From Nemertoderma westbladi (Eukaryota; Animalia; Xenacoelomorpha): a stretch of DNA of 38,762 bases. Shown here piece after piece: positions 1 through 13,218 of the stretch. The number at the start of each line of letters is the position of its first letter. The stretch's first letter is position 1. The DNA lies in contig JAUCBJ010001634.1 in NCBI GenBank assembly GCA_032718475.1, positions 1 through 38,762 on the forward strand, written 5' to 3'. The translations under genes were made by a program, and so were the position numbers. Under the pieces are notes generated by a model. The model ran no database searches and had not been told where the DNA came from. It saw nothing but the letters and a program-made list of their open reading frames with translations.

Positions 1-1227
1 GTAAAAGCTTTTACTGAATTGTCCGGTTATTTTTCCTTATTTTTCCCGTAAAGTACTCTGTAGTTGGTTTACCAGGCATAAAAAGGCCGTGTCCTTGCTG
101 TACTGGTGTTTTAGCGGACATAAGAGCTATTTCTTCTGTATTTGTACTTTAGAGGACATAATCCGTAATTCCGTGACGTAAAAGCACGATACTCTTGAAA
201 ACAGTGTCGCTACCATGACGACGGCTAGCAGCTGATATTGCCACGTCGACGTTTCTTTGTTTCTCTGTTCTCTCGTTGTTCAGGTTGACCAATCAGAGCG
301 TTTGTTATCTCTGTGTTGGAGGTATATACAGAAACTCAGTAGTTCAGTGTTATGTTTTTGTCCAGAGCCTAAGAACCGGCTTTGGCACCTCCGTGTTTTA
401 GTTTTTAGTCTTACACTAGTAGGTTTAATTATAAAGGGCATATATCCTTTAACGCACCTACCTGACTCATGGAATCACTGCATACTGATGACTGATGTCT
501 GTATACTGCAGTACTGCATACACTGCATACTGTGTAACATTGTGCATACCTTTATATTGTTATACTGCTATTTACCGTCAGTTCTTCATAATATGGTTGA
601 TGAATAATTATATTTGGAATAACGATAAACAACCCCGAAACCCAATATTCTTGATATACCGAAGGTAAGAGAGAAGGGTTACAGATAAACGATTGTGACT
701 TATGTTAAAGTGGTTTGAAGTGAATCTAATGTTATTTGATAGACCCTACATGAGTCAGTCTGTGTTCCTTTTATATGTGACTAAAATCAGTGAAGATCGG
801 CAGATTAGTGTGCAGTATTGTGCAGCATTGTGTATGAGTGAGTCTGTTAAAGAAGCATTCCTAAAGAATGCGCCATATATGTGAATTATAATTAAGCCAT
901 ATCGTTGTGAGTAGTTTAAGTCATAACTCTGTTTATATAGATAAAGCGCCACGTCCTAAAGGAACTGTTAATCTTCCCGAAGGTGAATAATATTGTCAGA
1001 GATTATATAATACTGTCAGTCGAATAATACATTAGGCTTACATAGCAATAAAATTAAACCGTCGAACCCAGTCTCCCGGGAATCTCCAACGGGTGAATGG
1101 TCGCGCACGGATTGGTTTCGACTAGTGTAGTGAATCGAATACTTGTCATAGACTAAAAACTGATTTAATATCTGGAAGACATCTTAATTTGGTGGGTTAA
1201 ACTGCCAAAGGTCTGAAAGCGCGAACA

Positions 1228-4200
1228 GCCTATTACTTATACTACTCCAACATTTCGCACCCAATACACGCGACTGCCTATTACTTATACTACTCCAACA
1301 TTTCGCACCAAATACACGCGACTGCCTATTACTTATACTACTCCAACATTTCGCACCAAATACACGCGACTACCTATTACTTATACTACTCCAACATTTC
1401 GCACCAAATACACGCGACTGCCTATTACTTATACTACTCCAACATTTCGCACCAAATACACGCGACTACCTATTACTTATACTACTCCAACATTTCGCAC
1501 CAAATACACGCGACTACCTATTACTTATACTACTCCAACATTTCGCACCAAATACACGCGACTACCTATTACTTATACTACTCCAACATTTCGCACCAAA
1601 TACACGCGACTGCCTATTACTTATACTACTCCAACATTTCGCACCAAATACACGCGACTACCTATTACTTATACTACTCCAACATTTCGCACCAAATACA
1701 CGCGACTGCCTATTACTTATACTACTCCAACATTTCGCACCAAATACACGCGACTGCCTATTACTTATACTACTCCAACATTTCGCACCAAATACACGCG
1801 ACTACCTATTACTTATACTACTTATACAATTCGCACCAAATACACGCGACTACCTATTACTTATACTACTCCAACATTTCGCACCAAATACACGCGACTA
1901 CCTATTACTTATACTACTCCAACATTTCGCACCAAATACACGCGACTGCCTATTACTTATACTACTCCAACATTTCGCACCAAATACACGCGACTGCCTA
2001 TTACTTATACTACTCCAACATTTCGCACCAAATACACGCGACTGCCTATTACTTATACTACTCCAACATTTCGCACCAAATACACGCGACTGCCTATTAC
2101 TTATACTACTCCAACATTTCGCACCAAATACACGCGACTGCCTATTACTTATACTACTTATACAATTCGCACCAAATACACGCGACTGCCTATTACTTAT
2201 ACTACTCCAACATTTCGCACCAAATACACGCGACTGCCTATTACTTATACTACTCCAACATTTCGCACCAAATACACGCGACTGCCTATTACTTATACTA
2301 CTCCAACATTTCGCACCAAATACACGCGACTACCTATTACTTATACTACTCCAACATTTCGCACCAAATACACGCGACTGCCTATTACTTATACTACTCC
2401 AACATTTCGCACCAAATACACGCGACTGCCTATTACTTATACTACTCCAACATTTCGCACCCAATACACGCGACTACCTATTACTTATACTACTCCAACA
2501 TTTCGCACCCAATACACGCGACTACCTATTACTTATACTACTCCAACATTTCGCACCAAATACACGCGACTACCTATTACTTATACTACTCCAACATTTC
2601 GCACCAAATACACGCGACTGCCTATTACTTATACTACTCCAACATTTCGCACCAAATACACGCGACTACCTATTACTTATACTACTCCAACATTTCGCAC
2701 CAAATACACGCGACTGCCTATTACTTATACTACTCCAACATTTCGCACCAAATACACGCGACTGCCTATTACTTATACTACTCCAACATTTCGCACCAAA
2801 TACACGCGACTACCTATTACTTATACTACTCCAACATTTCGCACCAAATACACGCGACTGCCTATTACTTATACTACTCCAACATTTCGCACCAAATACA
2901 CGCGACTGCCTATTACTTATACTACTCCAACATTTCGCACCAAATACACGCGACTGCCTATTACTTATACTACTCCAACATTTCGCACCAAATACACGCG
3001 ACTGCCTATTACTTATACTACTCCAACATTTCGCACCAAATACACGCGACTGCCTATTACTTATACTACTCCAACATTTCGCACCAAATACACGCGACTG
3101 CCTATTACTTATACTACTCCAACATTTCGCACCAAATACACGCGACTGCCTATTACTTATACTACTCCAACATTTCGCACCAAATACACGCGACTACCTA
3201 TTACTTATACTACTCCAACATTTCGCACCAAATACACGCGACTACCTATTACTTATACTACTCCAACATTTCGCACCAAATACACGCGACTACCTATTAC
3301 TTATACTACTCCAACATTTCGCACCCAATACACGCGACTGCCTATTACTTATACTACTCCAACATTTCGCACCAAATACACGCGACTGCCTATTACTTAT
3401 ACTACTCCAACATTTCGCACCAAATACACGCGACTACCTATTACTTATACTACTCCAACATTTCGCACCAAATACACGCGACTACCTATTACTTATACTA
3501 CTCCAACATTTCGCACCAAATACACGCGACTGCCTATTACTTATACTACTCCAACATTTCGCACCAAATACACGCGACTACCTATTACTTATACTACTCC
3601 AACATTTCGCACCAAATACACGCGACTGCCTATTACTTATACTACTCCAACATTTCGCACCAAATACACGCGACTGCCTATTACTTATACTACTCCAACA
3701 TTTCGCACCAAATACACGCGACTACCTATTACTTATACTACTCCAACATTTCGCACCAAATACACGCGACTACCTATTACTTATACTACTCCAACATTTC
3801 GCACCAAATACACGCGACTGCCTATTACTTATACTACTCCAACATTTCGCACCAAATACACGCGACTACCTATTACTTATACTACTCCAACATTTCGCAC
3901 CAAATACACGCGACTACCTATTACTTATACTACTCCAACATTTCGCACCCAATACACGCGACTGCCTATTACTTATACTACTCCAACATTTCGCACCAAA
4001 TACACGCGACTGCCTATTACTTATACTACTCCAACATTTCGCACCAAATACACGCGACTACCTATTACTTATACTACTCCAACATTTCGCACCAAATACA
4101 CGCGACTACCTATTACTTATACTACTCCAACATTTCGCACCAAATACACGCGACTGCCTATTACTTATACTACTCCAACATTTCGCACCAAATACACGCG

Positions 4201-7200
4201 ACTACCTATTACTTATACTACTCCAACATTTCGCACCAAATACACGCGACTGCCTATTACTTATACTACTCCAACATTTCGCACCAAATACACGCGACTA
4301 CCTATTACTTATACTACTCCAACATTTCGCACCAAATACACGCGACTACCTATTACTTATACTACTCCAACATTTCGCACCAAATACACGCGACTGCCTA
4401 TTACTTATACTACTCCAACATTTCGCACCAAATACACGCGACTGCCTATTACTTATACTACTCCAACATTTCGCACCAAATACACGCGACTACCTATTAC
4501 TTATACTACTCCAACATTTCGCACCAAATACACGCGACTACCTATTACTTATACTACTCCAACATTTCGCACCAAATACACGCGACTGCCTATTACTTAT
4601 ACTACTCCAACATTTCGCACCAAATACACGCGACTACCTATTACTTATACTACTCCAACATTTCGCACCAAATACACGCGACTACCTATTACTTATACTA
4701 CTCCAACATTTCGCACCAAATACACGCGACTACCTATTACTTATACTACTCCAACATTTCGCACCCAATACACGCGACTGCCTATTACTTATACTACTCC
4801 AACATTTCGCACCAAATACACGCGACTACCTATTACTTATACTACTCCATACATTTCGCACCAAATACACGCGACTACCTATTACTTATACTACTCCAAC
4901 ATTTCGCACCAAATACACGCGACTGCCTATTACTTATACTACTCCAACATTTCGCACCCAATACACGCGACTGCCTATTACTTATACTACTCCAACATTT
5001 CGCACCAAATACACGCGACTGCCTATTACTTATACTACTCCAACATTTCGCACCAAATACACGCGACTGCCTATTACTTATACTACTCCAACATTTCGCA
5101 CCCAATACACGCGACTACCTATTACTTATACTACTTATATAATTCGCACCAAATACACGCGACTACCTATTACTTATACTACTCCAACATTTCGCACCAA
5201 ATACACGCGACTGCCTATTACTTATACTACTCCAACATTTCGCACCAAATACACGCGACTACCTATTACTTATACTACTTATACAATTCGCACCAAATAC
5301 AAGCGACTGCCTATTACTTATACTACTCCAACATTTCGCACCAAATACACGCGACTGCCTATTACTTATACTACTCCAACATTTCGCACCAAATACACGC
5401 GACTGCCTATTACTTATACTACTCCAACATTTCGCACCCAATACACGCGACTGCCTATTACTTATACTACTCCAACATTTCGCACCCAATACACGCGACT
5501 GCCTATTACTTATACTACTCCAACATTTCGCACCAAATACACGCGACTGCCTATTACTTATACTACTCCAACATTTCGCACCAAATACACGCGACTACCT
5601 ATTACTTATACTACTCCAACATTTCGCACCAAATACACGCGACTACCTATTACTTATACTACTCCAACATTTCGCACCAAATACACGCGACTACCTATTA
5701 CTTATACTACTCCAACATTTCGCACCAAATACACGCGACTACCTATTACTTATACTACTCCAACATTTCGCACCAAATACACGCGACTGCCTATTACTTA
5801 TACTACTCCAACATTTCGCACCAAATACACGCGACTGCCTATTACTTATACTACTCCAACATTTCGCACCAAATACACGCGACTGCCTATTACTTATACT
5901 ACTCCAACATTTCGCACCAAATACACGCGACTGCCTATTACTTATACTACTCCAACATTTCGCACCAAATACACGCGACTGCCTATTACTTATACTACTC
6001 CAACATTTCGCACCAAATACACGCGACTGCCTATTACTTATACTACTCCAACATTTCGCACCAAATAGACGCGACTATCTATTACTTATACTACTCCAAC
6101 ATTTCTCACCCAATACACGCGACTACCTATTACTTATACTACTCCAACATTTCGCACCAAATACACGCGACTGCCTATTACTTATACTACTCCAACATTT
6201 CGCACCAAATACACGCGACTGCCTATTACTTATACTACTCCAACATTTCGCACCAAATACACGCGACTGCCTATTACTTATACTACTCCAACATTTCGCA
6301 CCAAATACACGCGACTGCCTATTACTTATACTACTCCAACATTTCGCACCAAATACACGCGACTGCCTATTACTTATACTACTCCAACATTTCGCACCAA
6401 ATAGACGCGACTATCTATTACTTATACTACTCCAACATTTCGCACCCAATACACGCGACTACCTATTACTTATACTACTCCAACATTTCGCACCAAATAC
6501 ACGCGACTGCCTATTACTTATACTACTCCAACATTTCGCACCAAATAGACGCGACTATCTATTACTTATACTACTCCAACATTTCGCACCCAATACACGC
6601 GACTACCTATTACTTATACTACTCCAACATTTCGCACCAAATACACGCGACTGCCTATTACTTAAACTACTCCAACATTTCGCACCCAATACACGCGACT
6701 ACCTATTACTTATACTACTCCAACATTTCGCACCAAATACACGCGACTGCCTATTACTTATACTACTCCAACATTTCGCACCAAATAGACGCGACTATCT
6801 ATTACTTATACTACTCCAACATTTCGCACCCAATACACGCGACTACCTATTACTTATACTACTCCAACATTTCGCACCAAATAGACGCGACTATCTATTA
6901 CTTATACTACTCCAACATTTCGCACCAAATACACGCGACTGCCTATTACTTATACTACTCCAACATTTCGCACCAAATAGACGCGACTATCTATTACTTA
7001 TACTACTCCAACATTTCGCACCCAATACACGCGACTACCTATTACTTATACTACTCCAACATTTCGCACCAAATAGACGCGACTATCTATTACTTATACT
7101 ACTCCAACATTTCGCACCAAATACACGCGACTGCCTATTACTTATACTACTCCAACATTTCGCACCAAATAGACGCGACTATCTATTACTTATACTACTC

Positions 7201-7534
7201 CAACATTTCGCACCCAATACACGCGACTACCTATTACTTATACTACTCCAACATTTCGCACCAAATAGACGCGACTATCTATTACTTATACTACTCCAAC
7301 ATTTCGCACCAAATACACGCGACTGCCTATTACTTATACTACTCCAACATTTCGCACCAAATACACGCGACTACCTATTACTTATACTACTCCAACATTT
7401 CGCACCAAATACACGCGACTACCTATTACTTATACTACTCCAACATTTCGCACCAAATACACGCGACTGCCTATTACTTATACTACTCCAACATTTCGCA
7501 CCAAATACACGCGACTGCCTATTACTTATACTAC
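1228..7534. repeat. 48-bp minisatellite, ~131 copies
   Basis: Unit gcctattacttatactactccaacatttcgcaccaaatacacgcgact; very homogeneous, with a few recurring variants. Confidence 0.98.
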
Positions 7535-8014
7535 ATTTTCATGATGAACAACTTGTTGGTTTGTTGGCTCTATCGAACCGTGTTGATCGACTTAGTTAGT
7601 AGGTGGATAATATCTTCAGAACCATCGAGTAGAGAGATTAGTTCTTGAGATAATCCACAAGAAGGTGCTGTTGGATCGTTTAATTCAACATCAAAGCGTG
7701 AAAGCGATGTAGTCATTTCATTAAACAATAATGATTTAAATTAACTTACAGATTCAAGTTTAGCGAATTCGAATCCCAATAATCTATTTAATGAGAGTAG
7801 ACGCCACCTTCTAAGTGATTAATTATTCAGATTTGTACAAAAAGTCTCGTCCACGCGGATTCACCTTCACCCTCACATTTGCTCTATATTATACATTCAG
7901 ATACCGATTAGTGTGTCTTAGGCGTCATATATAACATTACAAGGCGGACAAGTTTTTATGGTCGAGCTAACATCAGTCTATAGCTGTATTTATCATGTAA
8001 TCGCGCGCAATCTA

Positions 8015-8587
8015 AATAAGTTCCGAATATTTAGAGCAGCAGTAGTTCCAGTACTCCTCTATGGGAGTCCATGCTGGGCTTTAACTGCTAAGTGCTGAGG
8101 ACACCAAATCGTTGGATGGCACATTTACAATAATGCTACGTCGGGTTCATTGTGTCAAGTACAATGAACACATCTTCAACCAGACACTACATCAATTGGA
8201 TGTGTCTCATTGGTTCCCCCAAGCTTGACACTAGAACAAAGCCGCCTCCGCTTTACAGGACATTGTTTTCGCCGTGAGGACCAGCCAGTGCATAATCTTG
8301 TACTTTGGCAGCCTCATGGAGTGAATACGCATGGTGGACAGCCCATGACTTTCTTGAGACGCCCCATAAAGGATACTGACCTTGAAGATGCGGATAATCT
8401 CGTGAAAGTCGTGGGGGATAGGGAGTTGTGGCGACGCAATTTTGTCGACAAGCCGGTTTACCATTATTAATGCACGCTGTATTGTGCTTGCCAATAGAGG
8501 ATTGCATGGTTGTGACAAAATGTTTTTGTTAAGCTGGCATCTCAATGTGCAGTTCAATGCAGTAGGCCAATTATAGTAGTAGTAGTA
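8015..8587 (+). mobile_element. 5'-truncated RTE-clade LINE 3' end (degenerate)
   Basis: Encodes RLRFTGHCFR...LWQP...GDRELWRRNFVDKP (RTE-type C-terminus), has an upstream frameshift and ends in a (TAG)n tail at ~8573-8587. It aligns by eye with the minus-strand copy at 32.3-34.8 kb. Confidence 0.85.
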
Positions 8588-8984
8588 TTTATCATTTATT
8601 GCAGCTGCATTATGTTATTATATTTGGTGCCCGTCGTACCACATCACCCATACAAAACATCGAGATACACAGTGTCTTTGGTTTGGTCGGCAACCTCTCT
8701 GCTGAACCTGGGTACACGGCTCTCTAGTAGACACCGCCACTGTTTCGCTCACTGCTCAGCTCAACCATGAATCCAGGATTAGAAACTTATATTTCAAAAG
8801 GCGCATACATTCCTCAACCACATTTTTATTTTTTCAGGACCGGTCATTTCTATTACAAAATTTAGTTGGGATTCTATTTTTTTTTATTTTACAACTTAGC
8901 GTAAATAGAGAAGGCTCTATACTGAATTGCTGATAGACCCTATTCTAGTACACATTGTAGTCATATTGACAAACATCTATTATA

Positions 8985-8990
8985 TTTATT
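8985..8990 (-). promoter_or_regulatory. Candidate polyadenylation signal of the GPCR
   Basis: AATAAA on the minus strand about 95 nt after the stop; the context is AT-rich, so it may be chance. Confidence 0.3.
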
Positions 8991-9084
8991 ATTTGTAGGA
9001 CCACATTATAATTACTTATTAGTATACTCAGTGAATCTGATAACAACTTCAGCATCCAACACGCAAACAGAATTATTGTCTAAT

Positions 9085-9325
9085 TTAAACATCCCGATTC
9101 GAACTGCTTTTCCGTAATTCCGAGTTAATTTCATCCGCATCATATCTGTCGGTTTCGGACAAATACCGGTCAACTGCTTCAGAATGTCCGTCATTTAGTG
9201 GTTGTTGGTTGGCATGGTAAATGTTGGAATGTTGTACTGACGTCAACCGAATAGAATTGCCTTGGTAGTTAGGGCGGTTAGACGATCGGCAACAACAAAA
9301 GAATTGTTTCAATCCCAAACGAAAT
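9085..9325 (-). CDS. Class A GPCR, last coding exon (helix 8, Cys cluster, C-tail)
   Basis: Acceptor CTTTTTCAACAG|A at 9326; phase 2 completes AG|A = Arg, giving SKRFRLGLKQFFCCCRSS...SSSNRDV*. This is a typical helix 8 (FR..LK.FF) followed by candidate palmitoylation cysteines. Confidence 0.9.
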
Positions 9326-9618
9326 CTGTTGAAAAAGTTAAGACGAAGTAAAACGAAACTGGCGGAATTACCCCCCCCCCCCCCCCCCCCCCCAACTCCC
9401 GCCACTTTTTCAACTAAACAACGTTAGAACTGGAAATTATGGTTTTCCGCAAAGGTAAACTCGCCTTGCTGGAGCTAATTCTGGAAAGAGAGGAATCCAT
9501 TGTATTCGATTCAGCTTTCTGATGGATACATTGATTATTTGAAGTTCCTCCGGGGATCCGTTAACCCCATCTATCTCCAGAATCATTGTTTTTCGGACTT
9601 CTTGGACATCCATAACTC

Positions 9619-11085
9619 AAATGTTAGGGAAATCTTGTTGATAAAGGGTTTTTCACCATGTGGATATATTGAAAATGGTGGATTGTTTACCGTATGGCCA
9701 TTTCACCCATCACGGGCGTCTTCAGCGGTATATATATACACAACAATAAAATAAATAAAACCATTTAAATCGAATTAGAGACCAACAAGATTTCGATTAG
9801 ACATTAGAGACCTTTAAAAGATTTCCAAGAAGCATAGTGTGCAGAGGGTGTACAATATAAATTAAAATAAAACAAACACAACCTCTGTACAATATAAATT
9901 AAAATAAAACAAACACAACCTCTGCACAATATAAATTAAAATAAAACAAACACAACCTCTGCACAATATAAATTAAAATAAAACAAACACAACCTCTGTA
10001 CAATATAAATTAAAATAAAACAAACACAACCTCTGCACAATATAAATTAAAATAAAACAAACACAACCTCTGTACAATATAAATTAAAATAAAACAAACA
10101 CAACCTCTGTACAATATAAATTAAAATAAAACAAACACAACCTCTGCACAATATAAATTAAAATAAAACAAACACAACCTCTGCACAATATAAATTAAAA
10201 TAAAACAAACACAACCTCTGCACAATATAAATTAAAATAAAACAAACACAACCTCTGTACAATATAAATTAAAATAAAACAAACACAACTTCTGTACAAT
10301 ATAAATTAAAATAAAACAAACACAACCTCTGTACAATATAAATTAAAATAAAACAAACACAACCTCTGTACAATATAAATTAAAATAAAACAAACACAAC
10401 CTCTGTACAATATAAATTAAAATAAAACAAACACAACCTCTGTACAATATAAATTAAAATAAAACAAACACAACCTCTGTACAATATAAATTAAAATAAA
10501 ACAAACACAACCTCTGTACAATATAAATTAAAATAAAACAAACACAACCTCTGCACAATATAAATTAAAATAAAACAAACACAACCTCTGTACAATATAA
10601 ATTAAAATAAAACAAACACAACCTCTGTACAATATAAATTAAAATAAAACAAACACAACCTCTGTACAATATAAATTAAAATAAAACAAACACAACCTCT
10701 GTACAATATAAATTAAAATAAAACAAACACAACCTCTGTACAATATAAATTAAAATAAAACAAACACAACCTCTGCACAATATAAATTAAAATAAAACAA
10801 ACACAACCTCTGTACAATATAAATTAAAATAAAACAAACACAACCTCTGTACAATATAAATTAAAATAAAACAAACACAACCTCTGCACAATAACCTGCT
10901 TGGAAATCTTTTAAATTTGTTGGTCTCTAATTCGATTAAAATTGTTTTATTTATTTTATTGTTGTGTATATATTCCCTCTGAAGACGCCCGTGATGGGTG
11001 AAATGGCCATACGGTAAACAATCCACCATTTCCAATATATCCACATGGTGAAAGACTCTTTCTAAACGAGATTTACCCAATATTT
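9619..11085. mobile_element. Foldback/MITE-like element with ~200-bp inverted arms
   Basis: 9619-9850 is the imperfect reverse complement of ~10878-11085 (e.g. ttcaccatgtggatatattg / caatatatccacatggtgaa and ggccatttcacccatcacgggcgtcttca / tgaagacgcccgtgatgggtgaaatggcc). Outer ends are fuzzy and no TSD was resolved. Confidence 0.75.
9852..10892. repeat. 37-bp minisatellite, ~28 copies, between the foldback arms
   Basis: Unit acaatataaattaaaataaaacaaacacaacctctg(t/c). Confidence 0.97.
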
Positions 11086-11344
11086 AATATGAATACCCCT
11101 GGTAAGTCTGGTATATCTGGTAAGCCGCGGATTACCAGCAAAAAGTTACAGAAATGCGCTCAACTATCGGCATCAGTGCTTATTCATGGAGATTAGATGG
11201 ACCACAAATATTAAGTGGCTGGAGGGGGAACTGAACGCAAACCCCCATCTCGGCGAATCGATATCAAGTCTCAATGTTATATTATAATTAAGGGGAAGGA
11301 ACAGGTTAGAGTGGTACGTTAACCAAACGATCACACGATGGAAC

Positions 11345-12496
11345 GATCACTTCAGCAACTCGCTTGGGCTGCCACCAAGAGGGCTGCTAAGGAGGTTGGA
11401 TTGCATATAAATGCTACCAAGACCGAATTCAATTCATGACTTTTAATGTTGATGGAAACTTGACAACAATCGATAATAATCAACAAGGAAGGTTGACGAT
11501 TTCCAGTACCTTGGATCATGAATGCCTGAACGGGACAGCTCCTAACTACCTATCACAGTTGGTTTCAGTTTACCAACCGGCACGAGATCTTCGTTCTGCT
11601 TACCAAAACAACCTGGTACAACCTAGGTACCGACTTGAACATTATGGACGTCGATCATTTTCGGTTGCAGCTCCGATGATATGGAACGCACTCCCAGATT
11701 CGGTTAAATCTTGTGGGTCTCTGGAGTCATTTAAGCGATGTCTCAAGACTCATTATTTTAGCCGTGTATATAAATGATCTTTTAATTACTTAGTACTGCT
11801 TTTACTTTTTAGCTAGTGCGCCTAGAGCACTTTTTAATTAATTTGAATAGGCGCTGATAAATAAATATATTATTATGGATAGAGAGAGTAGCAGAAAAGA
11901 CATAGAAATTAAGAAAGCAAAGGCTTGGGTAGCTCTATCAAAAATGGATACCATCTGGAAATCAGATCTCTGCAGGCACCTGAAGACTAAGTTCTTTCGA
12001 GCCACAGTGGAAAGTGTATTTTTATACGGGGGTGAGACCTGGACACTGACTAAATCACTTGAACAACGAATTGATGGTTGCTACACAAGACTACTAAGGG
12101 CTAAGGGCAGCCCTAAACATCAGCTGGAGACAACACATGACAAACACCGAGCTCTATGGTACTATACCACCTGTATCAAACACCCTCCGTGAACGCAGAT
12201 TAAGATTCAGTGGGCACTGCTGGCGAAGTAAAGACGAGGTCATACCAGATCTACTTCTCTGGCAACCAACTCATAGAAAGCGTAGTCGTGGACGACCGGC
12301 CATAACATATATAGACCAACTTGAAAGGGATACTGAACTTGGGAGAAACGAAATTGCGACAACTATGGAGAATCGGGAAGCCTGGAAGGATCTCATTTCC
12401 ACTGTCCGAGCTCACTCGACCTATTAGTATTTGGAGAATCGGGAAGCCCGGAAGGATCTCATTTCCACTGTCCGAGCACGCTCGACCTAGTATTAA
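11345..12496 (+). mobile_element. RTE-clade LINE fragment (second family), interrupted by an L2/CR1-group fragment
   Basis: Frameshifted peptides AKEVGLHINATKTEF, VDDFQYLGS|..SRKDIEIKKAKAW, FFRATVESVFLYGGETWTLT, RRLRFSGHCWR, RSRGRP and NREAWK. The last ~65 bp is duplicated. Confidence 0.85.
11521..11877 (+). mobile_element. L2/CR1-group LINE 3' fragment nested in the RTE
   Basis: Encodes CLNGTAPNYLSQL..Y.PARDLRS...YGRRSFSVAAPMIWNALP....SLESFKRCLKTHYF, the typical L2/CR1-group ORF2 end. The 3' UTR has gcgcct...aggcgc stem potential and an AT-rich tail. It splits the RTE YLGS/W motif. Confidence 0.85.
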
Positions 12497-12895
12497 TAGT
12501 TCCCCAAAAGAGGAATGAATTTTGATTGCGTTCAAAGTCCACGCCTTTCTTTTTTCTAGCTGTATTTGCTGGGTGTAAAAGGTAATGGGGGTACGGTATT
12601 TAATAGGTCAAAGTAACATTCCCTACGAATGTATTAAAGGATCGACGACATTATAATAATATTTTGCATTTAATTTAGTTATTCAACCAGCCAACCAGTC
12701 ATTCAACATGCATTCAGTGGTTGGTCAGGACATGATCATGTGTAATTACTGCAACTTTAACTTATATCTCCAGCTGGTATATGCTACATTTACTCCCTAA
12801 CTTAGTGTCAGTATCTTTAGCAGCTCTAAACACGCGGTCCAATTAAGCACTAGTTTGTGGTAATCATTTTAAATAAACAATAAGCATTTGCTAAC

Positions 12896-13092
12896 CTTTT
12901 GCTCATTGCGAAATAGACAAACGGATTGTAAGCTGACGAAGCGAGAAATAACCAATTGGATATTCGAGTGAATGCGTAGAAAGCACTGCTTCCATCTTCT
13001 ATATTGCTGTATAGCGAAGCTATGTTAGCAATATTTCGTGGTAGCAAAGATAAGCTGGCCAGAAACGCTGATAGCATTAACATTTTTGCCAA
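12896..13092 (-). CDS. Class A GPCR, TM6-TM7 exon
   Basis: Acceptor CTTTTTAG|TTG at 13093 (phase 0, giving RRK|LAKML); encodes LAKMLMLSAFLASLSLLPRNIANI...NWLFLASSAYNPFVYFAMSK with the NPxxY motif; donor AAAAG|GTTAGC at 12895, phase 2. Confidence 0.93.
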
Positions 13093-13218
13093 CTAAAAAG
13101 TATATAAAATATAGGTTTATAGTTAGTTATCTGGACTCCACATTATTGTTTCTACGCAGAAATATATATAGAACCTAATAGCTCAGCATCCAATGTATTC
13201 CTTTCAGTATCAAATAGC

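Noticed and set aside
1-990. Possible CACTG-type transposon end at 202-206 and plus-strand splice-like sites (283, 665, 983)
   Set aside because: The partner terminus would be outside the window, and no coherent exon chain or protein similarity could be built.
9370-9393. Poly-G tract (minus strand) upstream of the last acceptor as a G-quadruplex splicing element
   Set aside because: Similar C/G homopolymers occur at 27.7, 29.8, 30.0, 30.2 and 36.4 kb without relation to exons, and homopolymer lengths are unreliable.
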